50,196 nt of DNA from the NCBI GenBank assembly GCA_964013445.1, contig CAXGWX010000003.1, positions 1 to 50,196 of the forward strand, given 5' to 3'. Positions 47,334 to 50,196 of this stretch are shown piece after piece. The position numbers and the translations under genes were made by a program. Source of the stretch: an uncultured Bdellovibrionales bacterium. GTDB taxonomy: Bacteria > Myxococcota > XYA12-FULL-58-9 > JASMKV01. The notes below the pieces were generated by a model. The model searched no databases and had not been told where the DNA came from. It was given only the letters and a program-made list of their open reading frames with translations. Position 1 is the stretch's first letter. Each line of letters begins with the position of its first letter.

Positions 47334-48740
47334 TTATTTCGGAGCGATCATCTCCTCGGGCCGAACCGCTGCATGAAATTGCTCCGCATCGAGAAGGCCA
47401 AGTTCTGTGACTGATTCTTCGAGTGTGATGCCTTTTTCGTGGGCATTTTTTGCCACCTTTGCCGCATTGTCGTAACCGATAACCGGATTTAAGGCGGTAA
47501 CAAGCATCAGAGAATTTTTTAAGTGATTGGCAATATTTGTTGCGTTCGGTTCGATGCCGAGCACACAGTTTTGGGTGAAGGATATGGAAGCGTCAGCCAG
47601 GAGACGGGCCGAGTTCAATAGATTGAAAATCAGCACCGGCTTATAAACATTGAGCTCAAAATTTCCGGAAGCTGCCGCAAAACCAATTGCCGCATCGTTA
47701 CCCATAACCTGCACGCAAACCATGGTCATGGCTTCGGCTTGGGTCGGGTTAACTTTGCCAGGCATAATCGACGAGCCGGGTTCGTTGGCGGGCAGATTTA
47801 ATTCGCCAACACCACAGCGGGGACCGGAGCCGAGCCATCGAATGTCATTGGCAATTTTCATCAAAGACGCGGCCAGTGTTTTTAAAGCACCGCTGGCAAT
47901 GACCATGGCCTCATGGCCGGCGAGAGCGGCGAATTTATTTGGTGCGGTGATAAAGGCACGGCCCGTAAGTTTGGCAATATGCTCTGCAACTTTAGTGGCA
48001 AACTCTGGATGGGTATTGAGCCCGGTGCCGACAGCGGTTCCTCCCTGCGCCAGCTCACACAATGGTGGCAATGCCTTGTTAAGGGCGTTGATGCCATAAT
48101 CAAGTTGGGCCACATAGCCGGAAAATTCCTGACCTAAGGTCAGAGGGGTGGCATCCATTAAATGGGTGCGGCCAATCTTAACGATGTCTTTAAAGCCTTT
48201 GGCTTTATCGTTTAAGGCGTTACGGATTTCCATGAGTGCAGGAATAAGATTGCCTTCAAGACTTTCGACCGCCGCAACATGCATCACGGTTGGAAACACA
48301 TCATTCGAACTTTGTGACATATTCACATGGTCGTTAGGGTGGACAGGACTTTTTGAGCCAAGTTCTCCGCCTAAAATTTCAATGGCGCGGTTGGCGATGA
48401 CTTCATTGGAGTTCATATTGCTTTGGGTGCCGCTGCCGGTTTGCCAAACAACGAGTGGGAAATGGTCATCGAGTTTGCCTTCGATGACTTCGTCCGCAGC
48501 TTGCACAATTGCATCGGCCAGGTTTTTGTCGAGTTTGCCTAAGTCGAGATTGGCTAAGGCCGCAGCTTTTTTCACCACACCTAAGGCGCGGATGACTTCA
48601 CGGGGGAAGTGGTCATGACCAATCTTGAAATTGTGTAATGAGCGCTGGGTTTGCGCCCCCCAATAACGGTCAGCGGGAACCTCAAGGGTACCCATGGTAT
48701 CTTTTTCTAAACGGACATTTTTTGTATTTGTTTCACTCAT
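47334..48740 (-). CDS. fumC: Class II fumarate hydratase
   Basis: [44 protein letters not shown]. Confidence 0.97.
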   Translation of the reverse strand: MSETNTKNVRLEKDTMGTLEVPADRYWGAQTQRSLHNFKIGHDHFPREVIRALGVVKKAAALANLDLGKLDKNLADAIVQAADEVIEGKLDDHFPLVVWQTGSGTQSNMNSNEVIANRAIEILGGELGSKSPVHPNDHVNMSQSSNDVFPTVMHVAAVESLEGNLIPALMEIRNALNDKAKGFKDIVKIGRTHLMDATPLTLGQEFSGYVAQLDYGINALNKALPPLCELAQGGTAVGTGLNTHPEFATKVAEHIAKLTGRAFITAPNKFAALAGHEAMVIASGALKTLAASLMKIANDIRWLGSGPRCGVGELNLPANEPGSSIMPGKVNPTQAEAMTMVCVQVMGNDAAIGFAAASGNFELNVYKPVLIFNLLNSARLLADASISFTQNCVLGIEPNATNIANHLKNSLMLVTALNPVIGYDNAAKVAKNAHEKGITLEESVTELGLLDAEQFHAAVRPEEMIAPK

Positions 48741-48908
48741 GGGCAGGGGACTTTAGTGCTAAAAAGCCATCCGTTCAAGCTTTCTAAACCCCTTATAATA
48801 AAAGTTTTTTCGATATATGTCCTTTTGCTCGGATTTTCCCTATGGTGACTTGAATAGGTGCTGGACTGGTGCGTCTAAGCAAGAGTGATTTATCTTAAGG
48901 AGGAATCC

Positions 48909-49667
48909 ATGTGGAATAGAATGCCTTTTCGTTTATCCTGGCTTTTGTGTTTTGTGCTGCTTGGGGCTTGCGGTGATGTCACCAAGAGCAATGGAGAATT
49001 TAATCGGGTCAGTTATTCGCTTTATACGACCTATCTCGTCGATGAATCGAGTCTAACGGACGTCTCTTTATTGATCGGCTACGATCAACGCATCAACACA
49101 TCGCTGACAGTCTCGGGTGCTTCGGAGACCGAAGAACCTTTTAAGCTCTTGCATAAGATTTCGCCCGATGCGTCCATCAATGTTTTTGAGGATGGTTTTG
49201 ATGTGCCGGATATGACTTTAAAGGTCACGAGCCCTGGTGAGTATACTTTAGAAACCACCAAGGGTGACGATGTTTTTGATCGCATCAAGCTCAACTTTGA
49301 TGTGCCTGCTTCTTTGGACCCGATTGTTTGGGTAAGGGCAGAAGGGGCAGAGGAATTCACCAAGAGTGGATCGAATACGGATGTGAGTGTTGAAGTTGGT
49401 GACCAGGTGACTTTCTTACCCGTACCGGTGGATGCAAGTGGCGAGCGTTTGCTCGGGGATTTGGAAACAGAAATTTCTCTCGACAACCCTGGCTTGGCGG
49501 TTGCAGTGGAAAACGTGCACGGTGTTTATGAACAACGGGTCTGGTCGAGTTCGATGCCTGTTTCGTTGATTTTTGTTGAGGAAGGCACTCTTGTGGTGAC
49601 CTTAAAAGATGTGGTCAACAATGTTGAAACGAATGTAAACTTTACGGTGAGCGTACCAGCGTCTTAA
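48909..49667 (+). CDS. Hypothetical lipoprotein (beta-rich, possibly Ig-like)
   Basis: AAGGAGG SD before ATG 48909; lipobox LLGAC. Confidence 0.75.
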   Translation: MWNRMPFRLSWLLCFVLLGACGDVTKSNGEFNRVSYSLYTTYLVDESSLTDVSLLIGYDQRINTSLTVSGASETEEPFKLLHKISPDASINVFEDGFDVPDMTLKVTSPGEYTLETTKGDDVFDRIKLNFDVPASLDPIVWVRAEGAEEFTKSGSNTDVSVEVGDQVTFLPVPVDASGERLLGDLETEISLDNPGLAVAVENVHGVYEQRVWSSSMPVSLIFVEEGTLVVTLKDVVNNVETNVNFTVSVPAS

Positions 49668-49670
49668 AAT

Positions 49671-50195
49671 CTAAGGGCGCAGTTGCGGCGGCGGTGGTCC
49701 TTTGCCAACGAGAAAATCCGCCAGGTTGGTAAAGAATTTTGTGTGTTCGTAGGTGCTTGAAGTGTAGGGTTTAAAGACCCCTATTTGATCGAGGTGGTCC
49801 GCCTCCAGTGTTCCAAGATAGGTTCCCCATTTGCTCGAGCTTAAGGGCACCATGCCATCATTATCGCCTTCAAGCAGATAGATGCCAATATAGGTGGGCC
49901 AGAGGGTTGGGGTGAGGATGTCGGTGGTTTTCCAGTTCACAAAAGGGGAGAGCTGAGTGCGTGCGCCTATAGAATAGTATTTGACCCTTGGGTCATTTGG
50001 GTTGGCTGGATTAAATTCTTCGCGCATATAGGCGGCGCTGAGCATTTCGAGTTGACCGAATAGATTAGACGCTTGGTCACGGGTATAGCCTACCAAGGTA
50101 TCCATACCACCGGTTAAAAATCTTTCCAGCGCGTCCGGCATGAGAGCGGCGGAGGCATCAATAAGCATGGAGCCTCGATGCGGCGTGGTCAGGGT
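49671..50195 (-). CDS. Lipase/esterase (alpha/beta hydrolase), 5'-truncated by the window edge
   Basis: Frame stays open to the window end and reads TLTTPHRGS upstream of the listed Met; NDGMVP.SS..WG and ADHLDQIG (catalytic Asp and His of family I lipases). Confidence 0.85.
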   Translation of the reverse strand, partial: TLTTPHRGSMLIDASAALMPDALERFLTGGMDTLVGYTRDQASNLFGQLEMLSAAYMREEFNPANPNDPRVKYYSIGARTQLSPFVNWKTTDILTPTLWPTYIGIYLLEGDNDGMVPLSSSKWGTYLGTLEADHLDQIGVFKPYTSSTYEHTKFFTNLADFLVGKGPPPPQLRP

Positions 50196-50196
50196 A

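Noticed and set aside
47650-48618. Long antisense ORFs over fumC (similar ones lie over gap, sctV, asd and aspC)
   Set aside because: These are typical shadow ORFs opposite conserved genes, with no independent coding signal.

Overview
This is a gene-dense chromosomal window from a bacterium that looks like a moderate-GC (about 48% by eye) Myxococcota/deltaproteobacterial lineage. The evidence is a MYXO-CTERM-type tail, an MXAN_2561/2562-like gene pair, a myxobacterial-type SctV, an RpoH-family sigma factor and Cys-rich lipoproteins. Most of it is housekeeping: rsmD-coaD-aminotransferase, holB-ricT-metG, pgsA, rplM-rpsI, asd, truA, nagZ-lptFG, gap and fumC. I saw no rRNA, tRNA, CRISPR array or mobile element. 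Four things stand out. (1) The 3' part of a Pfa-like iterative PKS/FAS in which all four visible ACP domains carry Thr instead of the phosphopantetheinylated Ser (LGIDTVKQAE), with an Sfp-type PPTase fused to the C-terminus. (2) A translationally coupled pair of GAPDH paralogs, where the upstream copy has lost the catalytic Cys and the substrate-binding Arg and is probably a pseudoenzyme subunit. (3) A solitary T3SS export-gate gene (sctV), divergent from a PP2C / sigma32 / DUF192-PilZ-Gly-rich-REC / two-hypothetical cluster. (4) An approximately 1485-aa beta-rich hypothetical protein built from two roughly 700-aa diverged repeats. All family assignments come from motif recognition by eye; no searches were run.
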